Assembly: GCA_039545335.1 (NCBI GenBank)
Contig: BCIN01000005.1
Span: forward strand, 648,641-712,640
Origin: Kondoa subrosea
Taxonomy: Eukaryota
Length of the DNA stretch: 64,000 nt
Direction: 5' to 3'
Part shown: piece after piece, positions 25,101-38,278 of the stretch
Layout of the letters: each line of letters opens with the position of its first letter
Numbering within the stretch: position 1 is the stretch's first letter
The notes under the pieces: generated by a model
The model's database searches: none
What the model was told of the DNA's origin: nothing
What the model saw: only the letters and a program-made list of their open reading frames with translations
Translations under genes and position numbers: made by a program

Positions 25101-26407
25101 CGATTCTTCGATAATCGGTAATAGCCATGCATCTATTTGCCTTTGCCGAAGACGAAGAGAAACTTGATTACCACGGATTTGGACCTTGCCTAGAAGAAGT
25201 GGTTCGTAAAGCAAGACTTCTTCATATGCAGCTTCTTCAATTGGAAAAGGTGCGAATTGCTGGATTGGCTTTTCGTCCAGAGGAGCTGAGTATATCCATT
25301 CGACACGCATTCGCTCTCCTTGTGCTGCGAGTGTACCTAGCCATTGGCACGTCGTTTGCCATGCTAGTAATCGCATGCTGATTAGAGGATGACGCTGCAT
25401 GCAAGCGATCAGATAAGGGGAAGGGCGATGCCAAGCTTGCAATGATGCATGTACTGGTAAGTAAGGCATAAGTATGAGCAGTCGATATAGTGCTAGCAGA
25501 AGTTGAGGTAATGCTGGATTCTTGAAGATGCCATCTGTTTTCGGATCCGATTCTGAATGCGTAGGTGGTCCGTAAAGAGGGTCACTCGGTACTTCCAGAG
25601 CAGGCTTGACCAAAGCCAGGTCATTCAAGATGAGTTCGAATGGATCTTCAGCCAGCAATGGATGCCTCAGGAACACCAAGAACAATCTACCCCAAGATTC
25701 AATGTCAGCATTACTATTAGTATCCTACCTCGTATAGCTTACGGAAAGATAGATTGATCCCAGTCTAGAATACGCGCGAAGCTTGATAATACATTGAGCA
25801 CCTCTTGATCTTGGTGAGGTTCCTTTCCAAAATCGGCTCCATTGAAGTTCAGAAACCCGAGCCATCTTGCGACAAGCTCTGGCCATAACGGTCGGAATCG
25901 AGCATATACGTATACAGCTAAAGCAGGATGTAATGCAAGGCGAGCCAAAAGATTCAATAGAGAGTTCACATCTTGAGGCTTCGCAGATCCAGTTTGTTTA
26001 AAATTTGCAGGCAAACGATTTGCCGGAATGAAAGACACAAGAAGTGAGAGCTGAGTAGACGAAAGTAGGTTTGCATCATCTACCTCACTCGAGAAGCGAG
26101 TGACTGGTTCTTCGCTGAACTCGTTCTCAGTCCCATAGAAGCCAAAATCTGCTAGAAGTGCTTCTACGCTTGCAGATAAATCCAAATCAGTGGCCGACAG
26201 TTGATCAGTCACAGCATGCAAGTCTCGCAAAGGCAATTCAGGTTTTTGATCTTCAGCAATTGCCGATTGAATCTGCTCGTCTGCCTTGATCGCTTCTCTG
26301 ACTTCTTCTATTGTAGGAAGCTCTTCGTGAGCTTCAGTCGTGTCAGCAGCAGCAACAGACTCCATCTTGCAGGCAAGGTCAAGCGGTTGCTTCGAGTTGA
26401 CGGACAT
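10157..26407 (-). CDS. MDN1: Midasin/Rea1 AAA-ATPase (60S biogenesis), multi-exon
   Basis: Six tandem Walker A motifs (APASSGKS, GETGTGKT, GPTSSGKT, GEAGSGKT, GSPGVGKT, GDSQAGKS), a long linker, an acidic D/E region and a C-terminal MIDAS/vWA domain (VDDSKSM, IISDG). Confidence 0.97.
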
Positions 26408-26480
26408 GAATGGGATTTTTCTAAGTCAAACGAAGATGTGTGCCCATTTCAAATTCTTTGCTCGCAGTCACTATGCTTGC

Positions 26481-29468
26481 ATGTATTCTCTAATATTATC
26501 TTTGCTCTGTCTTCCCTCTTTGGCGTTTTTGCTAATCTGCATGATGCAAACTTCGATTCTTTCTATGTGCATTTGCGAAGGCGATGTCTGCTCTTCTTGT
26601 CCTGTACAGCCGCTGCCTCTGTTGCTCTCATTTGACGATTTCTAATGGGCGCTTCGCAATCCGCGCAGCCAGTTGAAAGCTTCGCACACGCTTGCAGTGA
26701 TCAATTCGGGCTGCAACAATGCCTGGCATCACCATCGCCATTCAGAGATCAGATGGGTCGTATCCTCACGTTCACAGCTGAGCAATGTGCCAGCTTTGTT
26801 CAACCAAATGGAACTCTGCAATTTCCTGCAGAAGATTCTGTTTGGGGAATAGGTTGGCAAGCTTGTCAGACGTATTGCGGATCGGATGTTATGTATCAAA
26901 AGGTAAGAAGCATTCCGATACTTTACAGGTGATACTCAGAGCGTATCATGCAAAAGTTCAATTTCGCTCCTTTTGCTTCTGATGCTGCGAATTGGTTATT
27001 ACCCTGGCTGGCTTTGATCGCACAAGTGAGTCTAACATTCCAGCTCGACTCGATGTTAGTGAATCACATGCTGTAGCTTCCATTCGAATCTTCCTCGCAT
27101 TGGTCCAACATCGGAGCGGCTTTCGTTGCACTTGGCAGTCCCGCCTTACTGACCTATTCACTAGTACTAACTCTTATGTCCCAACACTATATCAGAAAAA
27201 GAGCTCAAGACATATTGGCCAGAGTTTCTTTACGAACGATCCCGCTAGAGGCAGAGAAGTTAAAAAAGAGATTCTTAGCTGGTGTCTTCATCTTACTCGA
27301 AACGCATCAATGCCCCATGCGTGCTCGAGTGGACAATGGGATGTTGGCCAACCTAATCGCCTTAGATGAAAACACCGATTGGTGGGAAACTGTCTCGCAA
27401 AGTATTCACCATACGGTCAGTCAGGAATAGATGCAAAGACTTGATTTCTCTTCGCTGACGTCTACGCTGTTCCGCCTTCTGTAGACAAGAAATGTCACTC
27501 CTTCACTTGTGGCTCAAAGTAAGGCTAGACCAATCTAGTGATATCAATACTAACGCACATTACAGTGTCTCTTGCCTTCATAACATGGCTTTTTACGGTT
27601 GTAGCATCATTCATTGAGAATCTTGGTGACCGAAAAGCAGCTGAAGAGGTATGTCGAGATCTATATGCTGTAAGCGATTACATTGTGATGGTATCCAATT
27701 CTTCTTAGCTCGCAGCCGGTTCACTTTGGATCTTCCTGCTACCGCTCATCATCGGATGGATCATTGTCGGAACTCAAAGCAGCGCTGGAACAATTACTGA
27801 AGCTGTCAATCGAAGCAGGACACCAATAGCGGAACCTCCAACTAGCTCACGTGCGGTCACTTCACTCACTCAATCTCCTCAAATGGGTACAGGCTCTCCA
27901 TCTTTCAGTGCTGTTCCTTTTCCACCTGCCATTCCTACTTTATCTTCAGCACACCATCGCCTCAACAGCTCTTCTTTTTCGAACAATCACCTGCCATTGT
28001 TTAGTGATGGTAATTCGCATCCTCAAACAGCCTTAGCTATGCCAGATCATTCTACGCCCGTCGCTGTGGCACCTCAAAGCGATACCATGCCTCTGCTTCC
28101 TCTACCTTCAAACAAACCTCATGTAGTCGACGAGGATGATTGGCGCGGTATATTAGCTCAATCAGGTAGGTCTTTCCACTCGCCCTATTTTTTTTTCCAT
28201 AAAGATGCTCATAATATTCAAGGCTTGAGCGGACCAGCTATACAAGTTCCTTTGGGTCCAGGCGGCTTCTCAGTTAATTCTGAAGAACAAACAGAAGGTC
28301 CTGCCTTCAATTATGCTCGCATAGCAACTCACAGCCAATTCGCCAAACAAGTATTACATGGATTTGAAGCAGCAATGCATAAGCGAAACAGACAGCTCAA
28401 CTATACGGACGAAGTCATCGACTATTGTCCGTGTTGTTCTGATGAGCAGCAACGTATCAAACAATTCTGTGGCTTTCACGTCGATTCCACACATGCAAAT
28501 TCAGCTCAAACAGTTTCTGGTCAACATGCATCGAGTCTAGCCGATTCCTACCCAGCTACTTTGGATCATAGCATTGTACGATGTCGTGAGTCATGCGATT
28601 AACATACATACCGCCTCCCGATCCTTAATCAATTACCAGATTTTTGGGCCGCGGTTGTAGCTATCTGGATACAATTTGGAACTTCTGGAGCTGCATTCAT
28701 CATCGCATATAATACACCTGTCCGTTGTCTCTCTTATTGTCAATTGATCATGCTGACCTCTTATTTCGCAGAATGTTGGACTAGGAGTGAGTTCAGCCGA
28801 GTCTGAACTTGTACGTACTCATGATGTACCAGTGTCGAAGTGGCTCATATCTTCTATTCGGCTGCGCGAGTCTGTTGGCTTGGCTTCTAATGGCAATCTC
28901 TTCCCGTTTGGCTCGCCTCGTGATGCTGCGCTATCAATTTCAACACAACAACGGCGAAACACTCTCCCAGCCAGCTCTACTTCCTTTCCTCGCTATCTTC
29001 ACGCGCCTACTAGGCAGATGTCTAGCTATAGCTAATGGATGCTGGCTGATAACGTCAACCTTGTTGGAATTGATTGGCGCTTATGACCAATGCTGGGTAT
29101 ATCCCTCACAACTACCGCTTTGCTCGAAGCAACCACTCATTTGCTGCTTTATAGTGCCAAGCACTAGCTTTGAGTAAACCAGTCGATCAGCGATGGGCTG
29201 TCATGTTCAAGAATGCGGACGATCTGAGTGGGCTGACATTATGGTGTCGCCGCTCTTCTACTGATGTCATGTTGTGTAACAGAAAATGCAGCGAGTGGTT
29301 ATTGGGCAGGTGTATGCTTGAATCTCTTCCTTTCGATGGTTCACTGGACTGACGCTTCTGTTACATAGGGTCTGACTCTGACTATCGCTGTCTGCTTGAT
29401 CAGCATCGCTTTCTTTCTCATGGCCAAGTACAGCTATAGACTTCCTGCATGATTTTGTCGAATCGTAA
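26481..29468 (+). CDS. Uncharacterised fungal multi-pass membrane protein, multi-exon
   Basis: Spliced exons give CQTYCG...NWLLPWLALIAQLPF...ALGSPALLTYSL...LWIFLLPLIIGWIIVGTQ...GPAFNYARI, then further hydrophobic helices. The start (26481 or 26645) and end are tentative. Confidence 0.65.
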
Positions 29469-29836
29469 CGAAACACTTTGTCTGTATTGAATAGACTGGT
29501 CACTGTGCATTAATGGAGTAACTAATTATGACGCATCCGCTTTCTATTTTACTACAATCCCTGTTAGCGGTGCTTTGCATCCTCCTTGTCTCTTCAAGTC
29601 CTTTCTATCGTTACATGCAACGCGCTTTTCATACTATTCGATCGATTCACAAGCGGTGCTTCTTTGATGTTGTTCGTTGACTGAAATCCATACAGGGAAC
29701 AGACCAGGATTCTTGACATGTATTTTACGATCTTGATCTGTCTCCTTCACGTATTGCTTTTCTTTCCCTCTTGAATACACACTGCCACACTCCCCTCCTC
29801 TCTTTTCACGTCATAGCTCTCTTGCTGAATTTCACC

Positions 29837-31698
29837 TCACGAATCCCTTAACCAATCAGGTTGATCCAATATCGAACTATCGGTCAACCAAGTCAAATCC
29901 AAAGTATTGCTCTTGACGCCATTATTATTGGAAACAGCAGCATGATTGAAAGGTAGCATAGGATAAAGAGAGTTGTTGTTATAGTAAGAAGGCATAATAG
30001 GGTAAGTCATTGATCTTTGAGGTAAAGGCATATCTTGCAATCCTAGGGAATTGTTGTTGTTATTAGGTGAGATGGTGCTTGGTGCAACACCGGTATTTGA
30101 TTGAGCGAATTGAGAAATGACGGAAGCGGACAAGAATTTAGGTCCGTTCTGATTCAGAGGTGGCAAGAAATGAGGTGCAGGACTTGGGAAAACTTGATTG
30201 GAAGAGGCAAGAGAGCTGTGAGTGTACATGTCGTTGTTCTTCATGGTAGACGGATATTGAGGCTGAGTGTAATCAGTCATGAGACCCATGTTGTCGAAAG
30301 CTGGAGAAATGCTCGGATTGCTGAATTGGGGAGAAAGAGCCGAGTTGCTGCTAGGGGAAGCGCTGCTACTATGCTGCTGCTGTTGCGACACATCAGCTGC
30401 TTGGAAGAGTTGCTGCAGCATTAAATCTGTGCTGCTGTGAGCGTCAACGCCAGGCATCTTGCTTTCATATCCAGGCATCATCGCTGGACTGCCAATTTGA
30501 GGAGACTCGTAAGAATTGGTCATACGTGGATATGAAGCCATCATTGGCGAACGATCCGTCAATGTCGTATCGTAAGAGGAAGATAAGCTTGATAAGCCAG
30601 AAGAATGGACTAGAGAAGGAGTTCTTGCAAATTGTTCATTTGAAGAAACAGAAAGACCATCATCTGACCAAGGAGAAGCTGCAGAAGCTGGAGGGCTAGC
30701 GAAATCGAGCTGATGAGTTTGCAAATGCAAGGGAGGTGGAAGAGAACCAAAGCTTCGAGCAGATTGCTGAAAGATTTGATTCTGTTTTGGTACATGTCTT
30801 GCGAAATTAGTTGCGCCATCCAAACTTTGCGCTCCATAAAGTTCATTCAGACTTGGCAGCGGAGCAAAATCGCTCATCGGGCTTGTGATATCATTTGCAG
30901 GATAAGAGATGCCGAGCAGATCCATTGTGCTAAAGCGAGAGGAAGAGGGAGCAGCGATAGGGGGAGTGGGAAGGTAAGCTTGAGCAGTCGCGTGTTCCGG
31001 AATGGAAGTTGACAGGACGTTGAAACCCCGGACTGAATTTCGAGCGGCTACTGAAGCTGCGCTGTTGACACTAACATCGCTGTCCCTTCTAGCTGTAGTA
31101 TTTGGATAGGGAGAAGTAGAAGTGCGTCGACCAGCGCTGCCAGTTGAAGATTCGGAGATGGACTTCGTTCTACGCCTAGCCACACGAGATTTACCATTCG
31201 CTTCTGCTTCTGCGTCCCTAACGTGTAACCGAGCATGCCTATTCAGAGTGTCCCTAAACACAGCAATGAATGAGCATTGATCCCTTTTGTTGCGCAGTCA
31301 TGTTGCAGTGGACATAAAACGGCTTTCTATGACGCCCTATGCCAGAGAGATGAAAGAAGAAGAAGAGGAAAACAACTTACTGTCTAGCGAATGCCTTGCC
31401 GCAACCCGGAGCTACACAGCTATAAGGACGGTCTTGGGTGTCTGAATGAGGTCCAAGCCAAACATTCAGACCTCTGCTCGACGTCATCGAGCCTTATATG
31501 AAGAGACTCACGAGTTCTCATATGCCGTTGCAAGTGTTCCAGCTTCTTGAAGCTCTACAGAAAGAAAACAGGAAAATTAAACATTTTGGGCCCCCATACT
31601 TTTCGTTTCTATTAGAAAGGGCTTACCATTTCACAGAAGTCGCATTGCGTTGCAGGCTTATTGGCAGCTTTAGCCTTTGAAGTGGAGGCTGCTGACAT
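29837..31698 (-). CDS. C2H2 zinc-finger transcription factor (two N-terminal fingers), multi-exon
   Basis: Spliced sequence CDFCEMSFKKLEHLQRHMRTH-TQDRPYSCVAPGCGKAFARQDTLNRHARLH, followed by a long S/P/N/Q-rich region. Confidence 0.9.
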
Positions 31699-32620
31699 TT
31701 GAAGAGCGTGGTTGGTAAGAGAATAGAAGCTTTTCGGTTTAGAAACAGTTGATGGGCAAGGTTTGAGCTGAGACCTTCAGTTGACTGGACACAGCAATTA
31801 TGGGGATTGCGCAGTGTAGCGGAAGAGAGCAGAGCTGTGTCCGTTGGCGAGAGAGAAGTCTAGAAAGAAGACAAGACGAGACCTGCCGGCGCCAGAGACA
31901 GTTGTTTTTTATTCAGTGCCTGAATACTCTTACTTAGACCGGCGTAGTAAAGGGACAAGAAGCCAAACAAAGGCACAAATAGATGATGCTATGCACAATG
32001 GCAATCCTTCTTAGCCCTTCTTGCCTTTCTATCTCCAGATTTCACGGTAGCCCGTTAATTGCAAGTGTCCACATCGGCGCACGAGAGATGAATAGTCAGA
32101 ACCTCATCTGCGGTCAGAATATACATTCAGGGCTTACGCCGAGCGCCCAATGTCAGGCAAGTGACGTGACATGCTGACAAAAGCTGGAAATTGCAGTCAA
32201 GTCATATACCGAGATTCAAAGGACAGAATTATAGCACAGTATGAGGGCGAGTGAGAGAGCAATAGGCCATGATGATGATGATTATTGATAGACAATCAAG
32301 CAAAGAAAGAATTGGCTTTGTGACGATTTGAATCATGAGAATATGATTGCTAATGCTTGGCACTGTGGCATGAAGTTATGTCAGCACAAGAGTAAGGTTG
32401 TCGGCTTGAGCTCAATCAATAGAGAGACCTCAGGGCAAGGGAATGTCCACACAGCAAAGACAGCAAATTGCGCAGAGCAGTCGAGCGAAGATGTTGAACC
32501 GAAAGCCGAATGAGTATTACATGCTCTAGAATCCATGATTACGATGTACGAAACAAGAGAAATAGAGCGCTAGAGGATATCCAAGCTCTTGAAAGAAAAG
32601 TACAAGCCAAGAAGGGGAAA

Positions 32621-33430
32621 TCAGATGTCGTCGACATCGATATCTTCGGCGTCTGAGTCGCCTTCCGAGAAATCGACCAACGCCTCGCTGTGCGTGAACG
32701 GAAAGCAATCAGCAAATGATTGCTGAGAAGAACCTTCGGCACGCACTCGTCTTCTGGACCAAAGGTATCTGTTTCGTTGATTTTGGCCGTTTCTACATTT
32801 ATGTATCAGTACCAGCAGTGCATAGTAAGAAGGGAAGACTGACCAGGTAGTTCTCCATAAGCTTTCAAGTTTCTCGCTTCATCGGTAGTGTATTTTTGGA
32901 TTACATCTGCTTTATCGTCTTGGAAGTCTCGAAGGGAGAGAAGGATGATATCTCCTTGATTGATCCAGACCTGTCAGGGAAAATCATGTGGGAACTCAAG
33001 CAAAGTGAGATCCCAGCGAAATCCTACTGACCTTCTTACGCATCTTGCCTCGAATATGACATAGACGTTTCTCTCCATCAAAGCAAGTAGCTTCCAATCT
33101 CCCGTTACCCAACATCTTGATCACTTGAGCGTACTCTGTTCATCAAAAGCATAACAACCACATTCCAGCTTGAAAGGCAAGTCCGATATGGAAGAGGGCT
33201 CACCCTGACCATCTTCCTTGAAAACGAGTTCTCTCTTGTCCGATTCATTCTCGTTCTTACCACGTCGACGATTCTTTCCTCCCTAAAACACAGCAATACA
33301 CAATACTTAGGCACTATTCGAAATAATAGAAAAATCCACAATGGACTGACTTTGCCTTTATTCTGTCGATTGGAGCAACATTCCATGACTATGTAGCGAC
33401 ATATAAGCTGCTCCGACTGACCTTGGGCAT
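32621..33430 (-). CDS. TIF11: Translation initiation factor eIF1A, multi-exon
   Basis: [18 protein letters not shown]...[10 protein letters not shown]...[10 protein letters not shown]...[27 protein letters not shown], with an acidic tail ending DVDDI*. Absent from the ORF track because of introns. Confidence 0.95.
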
Positions 33431-33493
33431 AATATGAGACTTGAAAGCGGTTGTGAGAGAAAGACCAATTGTACCGTGGCTCACTTCAGAGCG

Positions 33494-34711
33494 ATGATGC
33501 GGTCGAGTCTATGTCACACTGCATTGGCTCTGCTGCTCGTGCCTTTAGCTCTGGTAGCCAACGCAAGCAGTAGATTGGAGAAATTGCAGAGACTCACTTC
33601 CAGCTCTTCGGACCGAATCATTCGACTCAATACAGCTCTGTATGAAGAGTTTACAGCTGCGCCAGCTGGCGAAAGAGATTACGCTCTATCTGTTGTACTT
33701 ACGGCACTGAAACCTTCCTTCAATTGTCTGCAATGTCGGTGAGTCGCATTATGCTGATTCTAGATGGTTGCAGGCTGATTGAATTGTAGCGAGTTTGATA
33801 CTCAATACGGACTAGTCGCAACGCAATGGCATCGAAGCGCAAAGACTGAAACACCTACTTTCTTCGCTTCGCTGGATTTCCCAGATGGTCAGGAAGTCTT
33901 CAGGAAGGTCGGTCCGCTTCCATCTTTGCCCGCAGAGGGCTTACTAGGGACGCAATCTGATAGCTTGGCCTGACTACTGCTCCTGTACTCAAATACTTCC
34001 ACCCTGTCTCGCCTGCAACCAAAGGCAAATCACCTGAAGATGGTTATTCCTTCCAATCGGGGTGGGCTACATAATGCATCGTCTTTCACTTGTTCTGACT
34101 ATTACTTCAAAGTCTGGGAGCACCTCATTTCGCAAACTGGATGATCGCTACTTCTCGCACACCAGTATCCTTTACCTATCGTCAACCAGTAGACTATGCA
34201 AAGATCGCTACCTACGTCTTCACCCTCTTAGCAATAATCATCACCTTCTACAGACATTGGACCACTCTCTCACCTCTAATCACTGGATCCCATATCTGGG
34301 CTTTCCTTTCCCTCGGTTTCATTCTAACCATGATTTCTGGTTACATGTGGAATCAAATTCGACACCCTCCTTATATGGTTGGTGGTCAAGGTTCGGGAAA
34401 AGCAGTAAATATGATTGCTGCGGGTTATCAAAATCAATATGGGGTTGAAACGCATATCATGTCTGGAGTATGTAAGTCAAAGTTTCTTCTCTCCTTTCAT
34501 GAGTTTGAAGGCTGATTTCGTTTGTGAGGAATTAGATGGAGCGTTGGCTTTATCGGTAGTCATCATTCTATTAGTCTTGCCGAAAATCAAATCACCTCAA
34601 GCGCAAAGGGTGGGCGTTTATCTTTGGGTTGGAGTGATTATAGTCATGCATGCCGTCTTGACTGGTTTGTTCAAGGTCAAATCACCTGGTTATCCATATG
34701 GACTATTGTAA
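33494..34711 (+). CDS. OST3: Oligosaccharyltransferase subunit Ost3/Ost6 family, multi-exon
   Basis: Signal peptide, thioredoxin-like CLQC, MISGYMWNQIRHPPY, YQNQYGVET, and C-terminal KSPGYPY. Confidence 0.9.
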
Positions 34712-34969
34712 GTCTTTGATAAAAGATCGGTTTGGCAAGGCAAAAAAGCTGATGAATCGGTCTCGAAATATAGTTTATAGCATTATCATATGCATTGCAA
34801 TGATCTCATACGTAGGCCCACAATTGCATATGCTCCAGACCTTCACAAGCTTCGTTCATATCCTATATGTTCCATTGGCTAATTTGGCTGTACCATCCTT
34901 TTCCGTTCGTGCCTCTGAACCCTTCTACAACACAGTCTGCCCATGGTATTTCTCTTCTGTAGCCCTCTT

Positions 34970-35630
34970 CTAGCTCAGCAGTAGCAGACCTGCTACCAAC
35001 GTCGCAAAGCCTATTCCTCCCATCTTGATCCTTTTACTTGAGCTGGTTTTACTGGGCGCGATAGTTGGTTGTGTACTCATGGACGACTCTGCCTCGGGTG
35101 AAGGTGCTTGTGTGGGAGCAGGAGTCGAGAGATCTTGATCCGCACTTGAGGTTTTGGCTTTGCAACGTTTCTGATGCTTGTGACCTGCTTTTGCGATAGC
35201 TGTTGGACCTGGAGCAACTATATCAATATTCCATGGCAGTTTGACACGAAGAAAGGAATGACCTGTTCCTAAAGCTCGCTTGTGCATTGAATGCTTACAT
35301 CGTTTCTGCCTTTTGGCCTTTGATGCAGTGACTGAGAAGGATGTCAAACTAAGCGGTCTAAGGCCTAAGGTCACTGGAATCTGACTAACCGGGTATATCG
35401 TCCTGTTGCTGCACTACTGCAAGAGAGACATTGTAGTACTGGAGCAATTGGCCTGAAGGTGATTGCCGCAGTTTAACGGCGTCCAAAGATGCAAATTGAC
35501 CTCGTCTATACACTAGATCAGAACTGCTTCATCTTTGTAATGTTTACAGCAGAACCGCGTGCATTGAGGCTGAAGCATTCCGCATGATGCCGAAAACGAG
35601 GAACAACAGTAAAGTATATCGAACGCTCAT
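34970..35630 (-). CDS. Small secreted, probably GPI-anchored protein
   Basis: Signal-like N-terminus MSVRYTLLLFLVFGIM, S/T/P-rich stalk and hydrophobic C-terminus GIGFATLVAGLLLLS*. Two inferred introns. Confidence 0.55.
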
Positions 35631-35961
35631 GATAGGTGGTAATTATAAGAGGAAGAGAGAAAAGAGAGAGAGAAAGAAGGCTATCCTTCTCCAGACCTTC
35701 GAGACAGAAGACGAATTCCATCGGTAAAATCGAAAAGAGGAATCATGCATCGCATACAGGAAAGATCTTCGAGTTGACAGTTTCATAGCCAGTACCAGAA
35801 AAAGCTATCGTACGACTTCCCGTGTTCGATAATACGAAGAAAGAGGAAGTAAGGAAAGCCACAAAGGCATAAGAATTACAGCTGTCTCATCCTTCGTCCT
35901 TACATACACCTACAGTCACATCATATATGACCTCCCAGTATCCATGCGAAGTGTTTCATCA

Positions 35962-37813
35962 TCAAACGAGTAGAATCACGAAAGGCAGAAGTAAAAGCAC
36001 GACAGGCGTCCAAATGCTTGACATCTTGGATCTGGCTCCATTGGTAATATGCGAAGATATAGACATGTCTGTCGAATTCTCAACACGTATACATTTAGGC
36101 AGCCAAAGCAGAACTCACTTGTAGCTGCTTGTGCAACAGATGATGGAAGGGAACTCTTCACTGCTATAGTTCGAGTACCAGACATCGTAGACGCTGTATG
36201 CTGTCTGAGCAATGACATCTGATATTGAGCAAATGTCTCACCCGAGGATTTGGATGCATCATGCGCCTTTGTGGGATCATCCGATTGAGCCTTGGACACC
36301 ATGGCTTGCTTCGGAGTCGCTGCGACCTTCAAGGCCGGGTCAGTTTCGCCTTTCCATACTTTTGGACCAGCTGTCGAAGTGTACAGCATTAGCATAATTC
36401 AACAGCGATTAGCATGACTGACGGATTGTATATGAAGTGATCTTTGGAAAGTAGATATCGACATGAATTCCAGGATCTTCACTATCATAGGCACCCGGGA
36501 AGGCTATCGATGACGTGTTAGCTTTTCTACCCATGATAGAATCAAAGTTCAACTCACCAACTTTATATTGCTCTGTAGGTGTGACTGAACCGCCTTTAAC
36601 GATGTTGATCTGATGGCATTGAGGATAGCTATAACATACTTAGCTTGTCGTTACGAGTGCCCATTATGCACTTACAATTGAGCTTTGTTAAGTTGATTCG
36701 CCTCGTGCAGCCTGTCCCAAACGAGTCAGTAAACATATTATGGCCTGCATAATCGGATCACCTACGCGATCCACTCGTGTCGAACTAAATAGTTGCCGCT
36801 CTTGATCGACTAGAACAAAACTCAGTCCTGGAACAGCAAGTTCATTCTAGGGCAAACCTTCGGGATTTTTGTCTCCCAGTAACCACGGTCAAGGACTTTA
36901 TCCGTAGCGAATTGCATATCATAGTCTAGATTATCGCCACTATAGCCTTGAAACTGAAATAAGATGAGCGATAGCCGGGAGTAACTAGAGCAGAAGCACT
37001 CACTCCTCCTTCATCGATTTTGAACCACACTTTCTTATCTTCTGTCCAAAAGTTCGTGCAGTCGCCATTACAGTCAGCCAGATATGTCTATTTCTCAATC
37101 AGCTTAAACTTTGCTATCATGTCAGCCTTACCAAGATAGGTCCCTAGATAGCTTATTAGCATCGAGACGTTAAAACATGAGAATACCATACATGATGATC
37201 TCGAGCAACCTATTATGCATATCAAACGGTGTGCTAACTCAATAAAATCTTTAAGACTCACAGGCGTCCACCAGAACTGCATGTTCGATCCAGCAGTGAC
37301 ATCTTCCACCAAAGGAGCTGGTACATTCTGAGATCCCCCCTATACATCTCCATCAGTATTACAGGATCGAATTCTGGCAAATGAGTACTTACATTTGTGT
37401 TGCATGCAATTGCTGGATCCCAAACGTCTGGCAAGGCATTCTGAGACTAGTAGTATTCGAATTCGAGCAGAGAGCAGACCTAAAACTGGTCCATCATCTC
37501 TGAATGCCCGAGTGATCCGATCGGCTGGAGGAGCACACTGTGAGTTAGGAGAAGATCGACCTGAGAAATGATTCACGCCTAGAAGAAGCTGGAGAACGAA
37601 ATTAAGTGATATGGTCATATTGCTGAAAGATGACCTTACTATCTCTGATCGGATCCCATGTAGTGATATTCTTTCCATCAAGAACAAGCTTATAGACAAA
37701 GCCTACAACACATGTTTGAGCTAGACCAAGAGCCAGGGATATCACCAACCATGACCTGCTACCAAATGCAGCAAGCTCAAAGCGCAAAGTAATATAGGAG
37801 TAGAGACAGTCAT
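35962..37813 (-). CDS. AA9 (GH61) lytic polysaccharide monooxygenase with a GPI-like C-terminus, many short exons
   Basis: MTVSTPILLCALSLLHLVAG/HGFVY (His1), DHHGPILTYLADC, WFKIDE, GNYLVRHEWIALH, AQFYPQCHQI, FPGAY, GPKVW, then an S/T-rich stalk and hydrophobic tail. Confidence 0.92.
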
Positions 37814-38278
37814 TGCTCAATGTCTAAGAGCGGGAATCAGGTAAAAGGGAATATGTGATGAAATCGCCCAGCGATTGAATATATTATAGTACGGAGCAGA
37901 AGAAGAGACGTAAGATAGACAATAAGAAGAGAAGAAAGACAATGATCTCCTGTTGTTTAAGCGTTTCATTGCCAACACAGATCCCCGCCGGCCATTCCTT
38001 CGGCAACAAGACAATGACGAGAGCAGAGGTAAACGCAGGCAATAATCTCACATCTCGCGCGCATATGGAGCTACCGAAGCCAAGAGACACAATTTTAAAG
38101 TTTTCTTTTCCTGTTACAAATCCATCAGTGCTCGCCCGACCGACGCGCAGTAGCTCTGTGGCTAGCTCTACAGCATCACGGCCTACAGCATTCTCCAAGC
38201 GACGCCCGTCGATCGGCATTCACATCCCAACTTTGTTTTTGACCTGCATGCTTATTTGCTGAGCGCTTGGAAACAATA

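Noticed and set aside
31699..32620. Long intergenic region containing a TGACGT motif
   Set aside because: It is compatible with an ordinary transcription-factor promoter plus the eIF1A 3' UTR. A single hexamer is not evidence of a site.
37602..37820. Apparent loss of LPMO His1 (the ORF track reads CVVGFVYK)
   Set aside because: This is an artefact of reading through an intron. Splicing restores HGFVY after a signal peptide.
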